Origin: Polyangiales bacterium
GTDB lineage: Bacteria > Myxococcota_A > Polyangia > Polyangiales > Houyiibacteriaceae
Length of the DNA stretch: 64,000 bases
Reading direction: 5' to 3'
NCBI GenBank assembly: GCA_045106895.1
Contig: JBGCFM010000039.1
Coordinates: forward strand, 160,001-224,000
Shown here: one piece after another, positions 8,878-18,141 of the stretch
Position numbering within the stretch: the first letter of the stretch is position 1
Layout: the number at the start of each line of letters is the position of its first letter
Made by a program: the position numbers and the translations under genes
Notes under the pieces: model-generated
The model's database searches: none
What the model was told of the DNA's origin: nothing
What the model saw: the letters and a program-made list of their open reading frames with translations, nothing else

Positions 8878-10047
8878 TCACTCCAGAACCCCTTCTCGTT
8901 CCAGGCGGTCCACTACGCGTCGCCATCCCTCCGGCGAGCCCTGGGCAGCCTTCGCGGCCTTCTCGAGGCGCGGATCCGCGCTCACCGCGAGGAGCTCCTC
9001 GGCGAGCTCCGGGTCTTCGTCCATGAGCCCCGCTAGCGCTGCCACGCGAACCCGGAGCGGGGACTTGGGATGAAGCGCCGCCACACGAACGCGCTCCTTC
9101 TGCATTCCGGGGTTTCGAAAGCTCGTCTCGCGAACCGCGCTTCGCACGCGTTCGAGCCACACGTGCACCTCTTCGCCTTCCTCTCGTCGAAGCACATCAT
9201 CACTGACGGCCTCCGTCTTGAGGCGCTCGGCGAACTCCGAGTGGAGCGCCGCGGCCAACTGAGGGGACATGCGGACTTTGGCGCTCACGCTCTCGCCGTC
9301 CTTTCGCGTGATGCTGACGCGCTCTTTGGCCACCTGGACCGACGCGATTTCGCCGAGGGGCACAAACACCTTCCCGAGGCGAACGCCGTCGTGTCCCAAC
9401 ACGAAGTTCTCTCCACGCAACGCCATCCCTAGACGCCCCGCCGCGAGAATCGCCGTCGCGATGACCATGGATGCGACGTAGACCTGCGGCTCCGCGGAGA
9501 CGCCCGCCACCGACATCGTGATCCCGCAAGTGCCGCCCATCGTGGCCAACGCCAGAGGACCCGTCGTGGCAGTCGGATGAGGCACCAGCTCAATGCGACC
9601 GTCACCGATCTGACTGCGCACGCTAGCTTCAAAAGCTTCCGCCTCTTCCTCCGCGTCGAAGGTGAACTCGTGCACATTCGCATTGCGCAAGACAACCCAG
9701 ACGCGATCCCGATGGCGTAACACGCCGCCGACCTCGTCATAGGCGTAGCCCCGTGACCGTCCCTTTTCTTCGAAGCGGACACCTTCTGAATCCGCAGACA
9801 CGCTCACGGGCCGAGCCCAGTAGGACAAGACCGACGCGGCGAAGGCCGCGAGGGCCGCCAGAATAGACAGACAGATGCCCGCCGTCACGCCCGCCGCGAG
9901 AAGATCCGGGAGGCGGCGTAGCGGCAGCATGTTGCGCACCAGAGCGCCGACGATGAGCGCCAGCGCGCTCCCTCCACCCAGCCCCCAGGCGAGGTTCGAG
10001 AGACGCCGACGAAGACCGCGGGCGAAACGTCGGAGCTGAGCCTTCAT
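8878..10047 (-). CDS. hypothetical membrane protein, paralog 3 of 3
   Basis: RRFARGLRRRLSNLAW, EGEEVHVWLERV, LRVRVAAL, ADPRL motifs shared with the other two. Confidence 0.8.
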   Translation of the reverse strand: MKAQLRRFARGLRRRLSNLAWGLGGGSALALIVGALVRNMLPLRRLPDLLAAGVTAGICLSILAALAAFAASVLSYWARPVSVSADSEGVRFEEKGRSRGYAYDEVGGVLRHRDRVWVVLRNANVHEFTFDAEEEAEAFEASVRSQIGDGRIELVPHPTATTGPLALATMGGTCGITMSVAGVSAEPQVYVASMVIATAILAAGRLGMALRGENFVLGHDGVRLGKVFVPLGEIASVQVAKERVSITRKDGESVSAKVRMSPQLAAALHSEFAERLKTEAVSDDVLRREEGEEVHVWLERVRSAVRETSFRNPGMQKERVRVAALHPKSPLRVRVAALAGLMDEDPELAEELLAVSADPRLEKAAKAAQGSPEGWRRVVDRLEREGVLE

Positions 10048-10065
10048 GCGCGAGTTCCCAAGGTC

Positions 10066-10722
10066 CTACTCGGCTTCGAAGCCCGCCGCTTTGTGCGCGC
10101 CATCGCAGAAAGGTTTGTTCTTGGACTGACCACAACGGCAGAGCGCAGCCCGGGTTCCCGTCCACGCGACGCGGCCTGCGGCGGTGGTGATGGAGAAGTT
10201 GCCCGACAAGAGAAGTGGTCCGTTCGGGGCTTTCTTGATGTCGAGGACCCCACCCGCCTCCGTCACGCCGTCGCCACTCATGCCCACGGCGCCGTAGTCT
10301 TTGAAGCCCGCGGCTTCGTGGCTGTTGTCACAGAAGGGCTTGTTCTTGGACTCGCCGCACCGGCAAAGGGCCGCGCGAAATGCGGTTCCTTTCATGTCCT
10401 CCGCAGCGCCCGCGATCTTGAGCTCCCCTCGCACGTAGAGGGGGCCATGATTCGCGACGACAACGCGGTTGCTCTCCGGCGCGACCTCTTCGGCGCCGCC
10501 GTCTTTCCGCGCGTAGCTCAGAGCGCCCGTCGGACAGCGCTCGCACACCACCGTCGCCTCGCCAAGCTGCACGAGGTCCGGCTGACACCAAGGGTCCCGC
10601 CCGCCAACGAAGAGCTCTCCCTCCGCACGCCCGCACTCGCCAACATGAATGCACAGACGACGGTCCCAAGACACGTCGACTTCTTTGCCTTCATACGTGT
10701 GGATATTCTTCTTCTCGCTCAT
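10066..10722 (-). CDS. CDGSH iron-sulfur domain protein with an N-terminal divergent 4Fe-4S (Fer4_19-like) domain
   Basis: CIHVGEC...CPTGAL; two LCRCGxSKNKPFCDxxH motifs. Confidence 0.9.
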   Translation of the reverse strand: MSEKKNIHTYEGKEVDVSWDRRLCIHVGECGRAEGELFVGGRDPWCQPDLVQLGEATVVCERCPTGALSYARKDGGAEEVAPESNRVVVANHGPLYVRGELKIAGAAEDMKGTAFRAALCRCGESKNKPFCDNSHEAAGFKDYGAVGMSGDGVTEAGGVLDIKKAPNGPLLLSGNFSITTAAGRVAWTGTRAALCRCGQSKNKPFCDGAHKAAGFEAE

Positions 10723-10828
10723 TGCACACCTCGCGCTCGATGGTTCAGTCCAGCGACTCTAACGCGAATCATGGCTCGTTTGTCGCCCGCAACGTTCGCC
10801 CGACATCGGGCCACTCAGCATTGAACGC

Positions 10829-11944
10829 TCACTCGGGAAGAGCCCGAACCCAGATCCCCTTGTCGAAGACGAGGTTCGAAGACGCCACGTAAACGCGCCG
10901 CTCGGCCCAATCGACACCGAGAGTGCGCACCTGAACGCCGAGAAGTCCCAGAGCGACCCAACTTCGTCCGCCGTCACGGGTGAAGTGCACATCCTCCCCC
11001 CAGCTCCCGGCGACGGCTTCCTCGCCGTTGGCAGGGTTCACGACGATCTCGCGAACGTCGCTGCAGGGCGGGGAGCGCACCTCGAAACTGTCGCCGTCTC
11101 CGACGAACAGATGACTCGCCCCGAAGCGAACGGAGAGCGACGCATAAAACAGACCGCCTCCGCCGCTGACATCCCAGAAACCGCGCTCGAGATTCGGCGG
11201 CGAGACCTCTTCGTAGGCGCCGCCCGCCGAGAGCCACCAGAGCTCGCCGCCCACAGCGAGAGCTCGACCGCGTGTCAACGCCGCGTCCGTGACACGGCCC
11301 ACCGGCGGAGACGAAGCCGCGCTGTCGTCAAGACGTCCCGCCACGACCACAAGCTGACGTCCGCCTTCGCGAGCGGCGGCGGCGATGGGGCCGCTCATCC
11401 GTGGTTCCGCGTCCCAACGTGAGCTTCGATGTACGAACACAGCCCCGGCGTCGCGAGGAGCCACCCAAAGCTCATCGCCATCGCTGCCGAGGAGAAACGT
11501 GAAGCCACCTGGACGCTCTTCCCGCGTCCACGCGCCACCGTCGAAGGTGCGCATGCCGTGGCCATCGACGACGACGAGGCCCCGCTCTTCGCTGAAGGTC
11601 ACGGCGAGGTCCGAGCCCGAGTCGAGGAGTCGCGTCCAGGCGGCATCGTGCGGCCAACACAGCTGCGTGATCCCGATGGCTAGGCATAGAGCGTGAAACG
11701 TAGCGCTCGCCCACGTCAGGCGCTTTGAAGTTTGCTTTGAGAAGAACGTCTCGAGTGCAGTCCGCAGCGAGACCACGTCCATCAACAGCCCGAGCGCACT
11801 CAGGAGTAGCGTCGCGCCGACCAGCCAAGCGGCCATGCTCCAGAGAGGCCCGACCCAAAGAAAGAGAGCAACCACCGCGAAGCGAAAGAGGTGGACGGCG
11901 CGGGCGACGCCGACGACCTTGCTCATCAAGCGAGCGTCCGTCAT
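10829..11944 (-). CDS. membrane protein with a C-terminal beta-propeller/BNR-like region
   Basis: N-terminal TMs; FTRDGGRSW Asp-box. Confidence 0.65.
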   Translation of the reverse strand: MTDARLMSKVVGVARAVHLFRFAVVALFLWVGPLWSMAAWLVGATLLLSALGLLMDVVSLRTALETFFSKQTSKRLTWASATFHALCLAIGITQLCWPHDAAWTRLLDSGSDLAVTFSEERGLVVVDGHGMRTFDGGAWTREERPGGFTFLLGSDGDELWVAPRDAGAVFVHRSSRWDAEPRMSGPIAAAAREGGRQLVVVAGRLDDSAASSPPVGRVTDAALTRGRALAVGGELWWLSAGGAYEEVSPPNLERGFWDVSGGGGLFYASLSVRFGASHLFVGDGDSFEVRSPPCSDVREIVVNPANGEEAVAGSWGEDVHFTRDGGRSWVALGLLGVQVRTLGVDWAERRVYVASSNLVFDKGIWVRALPE

Positions 11945-13107
11945 CGCCAGAGCGGCAAAACAGGCACGTGCCGGCTGCGCACCGGTCGATGGTCGGACAC
12001 GCGATCCACGTACTCCTCCACGCGCGTCTCCGCGGCGAAGGCTTCGATGAAGAGCGGCGGAAAGTTCAGCGCGGCGTCGTCGGTGCTCACCACGTGGTCG
12101 ATGAGTCCGCGGAAGCGCTCGGGGATGTAGGAGTACGCGCCAACGTCCGCCAAAGGCTGCGTCAAGATGGTGTATGCGCCGCTTCGAAACGGCGCAAAGA
12201 CGTCATCTTCCGGGGCGTCCAAAAGGTGGTCGTTGAAGTCACCCACGATGAAGACGTTCGGCGTGACTGTTTCGCTGTGCTCCGCGACCCACGCCTCGAG
12301 CTGCTGTATCGCGTCGCGGCGTCGAGACTCGCTCCTCTCGTCCCCGCGCGCCTTAAGGTGGACCACCACCATGGTGAACAGCCCGTGTCCGACGCGGCCC
12401 GTCATCGAGAAGGTGATAGCCATAGGTGAGCGCGGAAACGCCCAGGTGTCCTCCACAAAGAGCGAGCGTACGTCTTCGATAAACACGCGGTCACTTCGGT
12501 AGGCGAAGGCGACGGCGGTGTCTCGGCCGTTCTGCTGTCCGACGAACCCTTCATAGTTCGGAAGTGAGTCGATCATCTCCGCGTACGTCACGCGGTTGAG
12601 AATCTCTTGAAAGCCCACCACCGTCGGCGCGAGCTCACCGAGCACGGTTCGTACGGCCGGAACCGTGTATTCGCTGCCGGGAAAGTTCTCTACGTTCCAG
12701 CTGAGGATCTCGATGGGTGGTTCGCACAAGCCGCGTACGTCGCAGGCTTCCGCTTCAAACGCCTCCCAAGCCGCGACGCCAACATAAGGAACGTCATCAA
12801 GCTGGTCTTGGTCTGTGATCGGTCGTGCGTCCGCGACGCCGGCGGCGACCTCTGCCTCGACGAGCTCCTCAAGCACACGCAGCGTGGTGTCCGGCGCGTT
12901 GATGAGGGAGAGAACACCCCGGAGCTCATCCTCACTGATGTCCAAACCGTCGAAGGTCTCATCCACCTCCACGAGGGGCGCCTCTTCCAGCGACACCACG
13001 TTCATCTGTGCGCAGGCGCCGGCTAGACAAAGGACCAGCACGGCAAGGAGGCGCGTGATGCCGCGTGCTGCATTCAAGCTTTTACTGGGGTGCTGATCAT
13101 CCATCAC
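11941..13107 (-). CDS. secreted endonuclease/exonuclease/phosphatase (DNase I-like) lipoprotein
   Basis: LAGAC lipobox-like; SWNVENF, GFQE, VHLKA, GDFND, IDH, SDHRPV catalytic motifs; HhH-like LDDVPYVG. Confidence 0.88.
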   Translation of the reverse strand: MMDDQHPSKSLNAARGITRLLAVLVLCLAGACAQMNVVSLEEAPLVEVDETFDGLDISEDELRGVLSLINAPDTTLRVLEELVEAEVAAGVADARPITDQDQLDDVPYVGVAAWEAFEAEACDVRGLCEPPIEILSWNVENFPGSEYTVPAVRTVLGELAPTVVGFQEILNRVTYAEMIDSLPNYEGFVGQQNGRDTAVAFAYRSDRVFIEDVRSLFVEDTWAFPRSPMAITFSMTGRVGHGLFTMVVVHLKARGDERSESRRRDAIQQLEAWVAEHSETVTPNVFIVGDFNDHLLDAPEDDVFAPFRSGAYTILTQPLADVGAYSYIPERFRGLIDHVVSTDDAALNFPPLFIEAFAAETRVEEYVDRVSDHRPVRSRHVPVLPLWR

Positions 13108-13203
13108 GCGTGGCTCTTATCGTAGTGCCTTTTGTTGCAAGTGACGATGGGCTGCGAGCGGACTGTCTCAATGACCATGCTCAATGAGACAATCGAGGGC
13201 GGC

Positions 13204-15246
13204 CTATTCCGCGGACTCCGACTCCACCTGACGAACCAGCGCCTCGCGAAGCGGTCGAAACCCGGTGATCGGCGTCGTGACATTGCCGCGGATACGTCCT
13301 TCGAGAACCTCGATGGGCACCGGCGGCGTCAGCTCGTACCGGTAGCCACGGGAGGTGATACGAAAGTCGTGACCGCGCACCTTTCGCCGATAACGAACGG
13401 TGATCTGCCCATGTCGGACGAAGCTCCGATGGCGCAATACAAACGAGGCCAGACGCACCGCCAGGTGGTTGAAGAGCCGGTGGCATCCGTGGCTCGAGCC
13501 GTTCGTCATCGAGCGGTAACTGACGGATCCATGCACGCGAATGCCCTGGTCGTAAAAACGAGGTTGCGAGTCGGGTGACTCGGGGTCCGCCGATGGGTCG
13601 CGCGGTGGAAGAACGCGGTGATGCATCAACATCGCGAGGCCATACGCCGAGCGATACCCAGGCCCGAAGAGCCCGTAGTTGGGCACCATACGGCCGTTCG
13701 CGCGGCGCAGAAGATCATCGTCCGGCGTGCTCGGAGGCGGAAGCCACGCAGGCGCCGCGATGACGTCGCGCCAGACACGCTCGCCCACGTACGAGAGCTT
13801 GTACTTCAGACCCGTACCGCCGGACGCGTTCCGTTCCGGCTTCCAGCCGCCGATGGTCGTCGGCCATCGAACGAGGGCCACGTCCTGGCCTTCGTGGCGT
13901 GTGTAGAGCGTCAACACCGGGCGCTGCTCTACGCTCTCCGGCAAACGGCGCCCTTCCCGCGTATACGGAAAACGATAGTAGACGTCGCCCCGCGCGATCT
14001 CCGCGCGAAGCTCCATCTCCCCAGAGTAGTAGTCCGGTCGCGGCGGGAGCCGAATCGCCACACGCCCATGACCTCGCTCGCGAATCGCGCGGAGCTGCTC
14101 AAGGGCCGCGCTTGGGCTCGTCAGACCAAGCGCGCGCGCCGCCGCTTCCGTCGCCGGCGCCACCAGGTCTTGCGCGGGGTTGTCTGCCGCCGGCTGCCCT
14201 GCGTCGAAGCGAAACTCGTCCGCGTCCAGCGGCATGCCCAGAACATCTTTCCACATACGCGCCGCGGACCCATCTTCGATGAGCCCCGTCGCGTCGATGA
14301 CTCGCTCGCGCAACGCTCGTAGCGTCGCCGCGAAATCTTCCGTACGGCTCTCAAGCTGAAGAGAGCGACGCGTCGCTTCGTCGAGAGCGCCGCCGGAAAC
14401 GATGAGGTGACGTCGCTGGTACTTCGCGAGAGGCCCCGCCGTTCGCCAATCGAAGACGCCGCGCTCATAGCGATGGCTGCCCCCGACGAGACCGTCGCAG
14501 AGCAGGTGGTCCTGCACCGCTTCGATGGCCGCAACGACCTTTCCGACGCGAAGAAGTTTGGCGTAGTGGGGGCCCCAGCGTTCGTGCTCAGCCAGGCCGC
14601 TCATATCGGTGAGCCCTTCTTCCTCGGCAGCCCGCGCGAGACGTACTCTCAGGTAACGCACTGTCCGCAAGCGCTCGCGCTGCTGGTCAGCAGTGGGCAC
14701 CCAAGGCCTCAACGTGTAGCTCAGCTCTTCGATGGGCGTGTTGTCCACGGCGGAATGACAGGCGTGACGTTCGTCTTCCGAGAGCCGCTCGATGAGCACG
14801 CGAAACGTCGGTGTGATGCCAAAGAGCTCGACGAAACGCTCATGGTCCAGTGAGTCGGGGACCTCATCGAGGCGCTCGTCGGCCAACGCCAAATACACCG
14901 GCCGGTACGGCTGCTGTCCTATCTCGCCGAGGGATGCGTCCTCAGAGAAGAGGTACGGCGCCCACTCATCGCGGAGGTCGAGGACGCTCAGTTCCCCGAG
15001 CGCCTCTTCGCAAACCTCCCCCGCGAGCGCACCATCCTCATAGATTGGCAGCGGCGCATCACACGTGATGGCCGGTGGCTCCGGCACCTCCGGCTCAGGT
15101 TCCGTCGGCTCATCCGGCACCACTTCGGCGGCGGGCTCTTCGTCGGGAACCTCCTCGGGGTCCACTCGCGCCTCCGGCTCCGCTTGGCCACACGCAAAAG
15201 CCATCCAACAAGCCATGCAACAGGCTATCCAACGTAGGGCGCTCAT
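13204..15246 (-). CDS. large L,D-transpeptidase (YkuD-type) family lipoprotein
   Basis: IRVHGS...SSHGCHRL catalytic motif; APAWLPP; PG-binding-like GVFDWRTAGPLAKYQ; start placed at MSALRW...AFAC. Confidence 0.75.
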   Translation of the reverse strand: MSALRWIACCMACWMAFACGQAEPEARVDPEEVPDEEPAAEVVPDEPTEPEPEVPEPPAITCDAPLPIYEDGALAGEVCEEALGELSVLDLRDEWAPYLFSEDASLGEIGQQPYRPVYLALADERLDEVPDSLDHERFVELFGITPTFRVLIERLSEDERHACHSAVDNTPIEELSYTLRPWVPTADQQRERLRTVRYLRVRLARAAEEEGLTDMSGLAEHERWGPHYAKLLRVGKVVAAIEAVQDHLLCDGLVGGSHRYERGVFDWRTAGPLAKYQRRHLIVSGGALDEATRRSLQLESRTEDFAATLRALRERVIDATGLIEDGSAARMWKDVLGMPLDADEFRFDAGQPAADNPAQDLVAPATEAAARALGLTSPSAALEQLRAIRERGHGRVAIRLPPRPDYYSGEMELRAEIARGDVYYRFPYTREGRRLPESVEQRPVLTLYTRHEGQDVALVRWPTTIGGWKPERNASGGTGLKYKLSYVGERVWRDVIAAPAWLPPPSTPDDDLLRRANGRMVPNYGLFGPGYRSAYGLAMLMHHRVLPPRDPSADPESPDSQPRFYDQGIRVHGSVSYRSMTNGSSHGCHRLFNHLAVRLASFVLRHRSFVRHGQITVRYRRKVRGHDFRITSRGYRYELTPPVPIEVLEGRIRGNVTTPITGFRPLREALVRQVESESAE

Positions 15247-15364
15247 GATCCGCTTCACAACGAGGAGGGTATCACCCTGCCTTTCTCGAGGGAGGCTAGG
15301 CAGACTAGGGACAATCGATGGCGCCAGGAAATAAACCCGCGCCGGCGCCCGTACCAAGTCCAGC

Positions 15365-16276
15365 ATGAAGGCCCCCGGCAAGCGAACACGACGCGCACTT
15401 CTCTTTGTCGCCCTCTTAGGCGTCGTGGGGGCGACGGTCCTCTATGCCACCCGGCTCTCCTGGGGCCCCGGCATGATCATCACCGCTCCAAGTCCAGCGT
15501 ATGCAACCGCCGCCCTCCCCAGCGGGGTCCGTCGGGCCCTTGAAATCGAACGAGACGAAGCACGCGTCCGCGCGTGGCTCATCGAGCCCACGTCGGTGCC
15601 CCGCGGCACGCTTCTCATGCTCCATGGAATCCGTAGCTCCAAAGCCGCGCTCCTTCCGGCCGCGCAGCGCCACGCCGAACGAGGGTTTCGCGTCGTCGCC
15701 GTGGATTCACGCGGCCACGGCGAATCCTCCGGCCCTTTCCTCACCTACGGCGTCAAAGAAGCCCAAGACCTGCGCGCCATCACCAGCGCCCTTGAAGGCG
15801 AAGCTCTCCTCACCCCGCCACTCATCGTGCTGGGCACCTCGTACGGCGCCGCCACGGCGATCCAATACGCCGCACTGGACGAGCGCGTCGATCTGACCAT
15901 CGCCGTTGCCCCCTTTGCTTCCCTCGAAGATGTGGTCCCGGCGTACATCGACTGGATCCTGGGCCCCCTCGCCGCCCTCGTACCTTCTAGTATTGCGCGT
16001 GAGGTCCTCGACGAATGTGAACGTGTCGCCGACTTCGACCCCGCGCGCGCGTCCCCGCTAGACGCCGCGACGAGAATCCAAGGACCCGTTCGTATTCTCC
16101 ATAGCCAGGACGACGAACGAATCCCCGTGGAGCACGCAAGGCGCATCGCGCGCGCGCTCACGGACGGCGAGCTCATTGAGATCCGCGGAGCCTCGCATAC
16201 CGAAACAGCGGGGGCGCCGGCCGTGCAAGACGCCATCGACTCTTGGCTCGAGGAGGCCGCGCTTCGCGCCCCCTAG
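15365..16276 (+). CDS. alpha/beta hydrolase
   Basis: LHG, DSRGHGES, GTSYG nucleophile elbow, ILHSQDD, GASH. Confidence 0.88.
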   Translation: MKAPGKRTRRALLFVALLGVVGATVLYATRLSWGPGMIITAPSPAYATAALPSGVRRALEIERDEARVRAWLIEPTSVPRGTLLMLHGIRSSKAALLPAAQRHAERGFRVVAVDSRGHGESSGPFLTYGVKEAQDLRAITSALEGEALLTPPLIVLGTSYGAATAIQYAALDERVDLTIAVAPFASLEDVVPAYIDWILGPLAALVPSSIAREVLDECERVADFDPARASPLDAATRIQGPVRILHSQDDERIPVEHARRIARALTDGELIEIRGASHTETAGAPAVQDAIDSWLEEAALRAP

Positions 16277-16324
16277 GCCCTTGAGGTGGTTCACACCCAC
16301 TGCAAAACACCGTATTCTCAACAC

Positions 16325-16915
16325 ATGAGCACTCGCGGATCGACCGGGGCGTCTATTCCGCAAATGAAGGCCAGCCACATGCAGAGCAACGTCGTGTGCC
16401 TTGCGCTTCTCGGCGAGGCGAAAGAAGCCGAGGTACGGGCGGCATGTTCGGAGATCATCGCCGAGATCGACGCATCGATTCGCTCCACCTGGCTGCCCGT
16501 CGAACTCGACGTCGTGCTCACGCAAGCCGTCGAAGACATCTGCGGCGCTGAGGCCACGGAAGAATGGGCCCGCCAGGCCGTCTACCAGTCGGCGAAGGGT
16601 CCACTCATGGGCCCCATCATTGGCGGTCTGACACGACTCGGCCTTGGCCCACGTCACGGTCTCCGGCGTGTTCCCGCGGTGTGGAACCTCATTTACCGCA
16701 ACTGCGGATCGATGTCTTGTGAAGCGGACCCCGGCGTGGCTTCTCTTGTTCTGAAGTCTCCGACGCCAAAAATGAACGACACCTACCTGCGCGGCATTGG
16801 CGCCGCCTTCGAGGGTCTCATTCTCATCCTTGGGTCCACGGTGACCGAGTCCACGGCCAAGATCGAAGCCGGCGAAGTGCGATACCGAGTGCGGTGGTCA
16901 CGCCCGAACCATTAG
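16325..16915 (+). CDS. hypothetical protein (myxobacterial DUF2378-like/V4R-like)
   Basis: STWLPVELD, LRRVPAVWNLIY, RYRVRW pattern; start uncertain. Confidence 0.6.
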   Translation: MSTRGSTGASIPQMKASHMQSNVVCLALLGEAKEAEVRAACSEIIAEIDASIRSTWLPVELDVVLTQAVEDICGAEATEEWARQAVYQSAKGPLMGPIIGGLTRLGLGPRHGLRRVPAVWNLIYRNCGSMSCEADPGVASLVLKSPTPKMNDTYLRGIGAAFEGLILILGSTVTESTAKIEAGEVRYRVRWSRPNH

Positions 16916-16919
16916 TGCG

Positions 16920-17585
16920 TCACAGCCAGCGCGCCGTCCCCTTCGCCAGGGCCGCCTGCCCGCCTTCTTCGACGACCTCTCCGTGGCCCACGATGAGGCG
17001 CTCAAACGGCAACTCGTTGAGCGCACGCATCGACGCCCCGGCGGCTTCTTTGTCTTTGACGAAAGACTTCCACAGACGGCTCTGGCCCACGTCTCCGAGT
17101 GTTCCTGCGACCACTTTGAACACGAACCAGCTACGCCAGTTGTGGGCGCGCCGCACGTTGAAGAGCAAGTCCGTCACCACCAGGGTCTTCGTCGCTTCGT
17201 CGTGGAGGACGAACTCCGAGATCACCGCGCTGCCTTCCACGGCGTGTACCTTGCAGCCATCTCCAAGCTCGAGTCCTGGCTCCAGGAACTCGTCGATGGG
17301 CACCTCCGGTTTCTTTTCTCGGAGGCCCTCCGGGGCGAGCACGCGGGACCCTGGAAAGAGCTCCTGGGCGCGAGCGACGTGCGCGTAGTGAAAGAGATTC
17401 GGCGCGACGATGGTCCGAACCGGTCCCAGGTCGCCAATGGACACGGCGAGCTCTTCGTCGATGGCCACAGGCGCCCAGAGGGTGATGCCCTCATCCGTAC
17501 GGCGCACGACCATACGAACCGGAAAGATTGAGCCGAACATCGACTCCACGTGCCAAAGGTTGGGAGCCAGCGGGATGAGTTCCAT
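16920..17585 (-). CDS. DUF4336 family (metallo-beta-lactamase-like) protein
   Basis: PVRMVV, IVAPNLFH, EFVLHD, TLVVTDLLFN, RLIVGHG. Confidence 0.82.
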   Translation of the reverse strand: MELIPLAPNLWHVESMFGSIFPVRMVVRRTDEGITLWAPVAIDEELAVSIGDLGPVRTIVAPNLFHYAHVARAQELFPGSRVLAPEGLREKKPEVPIDEFLEPGLELGDGCKVHAVEGSAVISEFVLHDEATKTLVVTDLLFNVRRAHNWRSWFVFKVVAGTLGDVGQSRLWKSFVKDKEAAGASMRALNELPFERLIVGHGEVVEEGGQAALAKGTARWL

Positions 17586-17590
17586 GGACT

Positions 17591-17632
17591 TAGTCAAGCA
17601 CCGTTGACTATTATACGTCAAGCAAACTTGAC
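17591..17632. promoter_or_regulatory. two inverted-repeat operators, probable MarR binding sites
   Basis: TAGTCAA-N6-TTGACTA (17591-17610) and GTCAAG-N4-CTTGAC (17617-17632) between the divergent genes. Confidence 0.7.
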
Positions 17633-17655
17633 TACTTTCCGCTATTCTCCGCGAG

Positions 17656-18141
17656 GTGAAAGAAGAACCGAACCCGAAGAATGCGACGTTTCAGGCCGAT
17701 CTCGAACGCGCAAAACGTCGAAGTACCGCGCATCTGCTTCTCAAAGTCGCGCGTCTCGTCAATGAAGACGCCATCGCCACTCTTCCGCCCACGCTCACAA
17801 GCGGCTTCCGGCCTCGACCCGCGCACATGGCGCTCTTCCCGCACATCGACCTCGAGGGAACTCGGCAGTCCATCCTCGCGGAGCGCGTCGGCATCACCAA
17901 ACAAGCCGTCGGACAGCTCGTTGACGACCTTGAGGCAGGAGGGGTCCTCGCGCGTGTCCCAGACCCCGATGACCGCCGCGCCAAACGCGTGGTCTTCACC
18001 GACAAAGGTCGTCAGGGAATGCTTGCGGGGCTCGAACATCTCCGCAGCGTTGAACGGAGGCTCACCAAAGCCGTGGGTCGCGACACCATGGTGCAGCTAA
18101 AAAGCGCGCTCCTCAGTCTCCACGATCACTTGGCGGATTAG
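17656..18141 (+). CDS. MarR family transcriptional regulator
   Basis: LAERVGITKQAVGQLVDDLE...PDPDDRRAKRVVFTDKG. Confidence 0.92.
   Translation: MKEEPNPKNATFQADLERAKRRSTAHLLLKVARLVNEDAIATLPPTLTSGFRPRPAHMALFPHIDLEGTRQSILAERVGITKQAVGQLVDDLEAGGVLARVPDPDDRRAKRVVFTDKGRQGMLAGLEHLRSVERRLTKAVGRDTMVQLKSALLSLHDHLAD

Noticed and set aside
18113..18141. Convergent 3' overlaps (MarR/kinase; also 32648-32688)
   Set aside because: Short tail-to-tail overlaps are common in GC-rich genomes.
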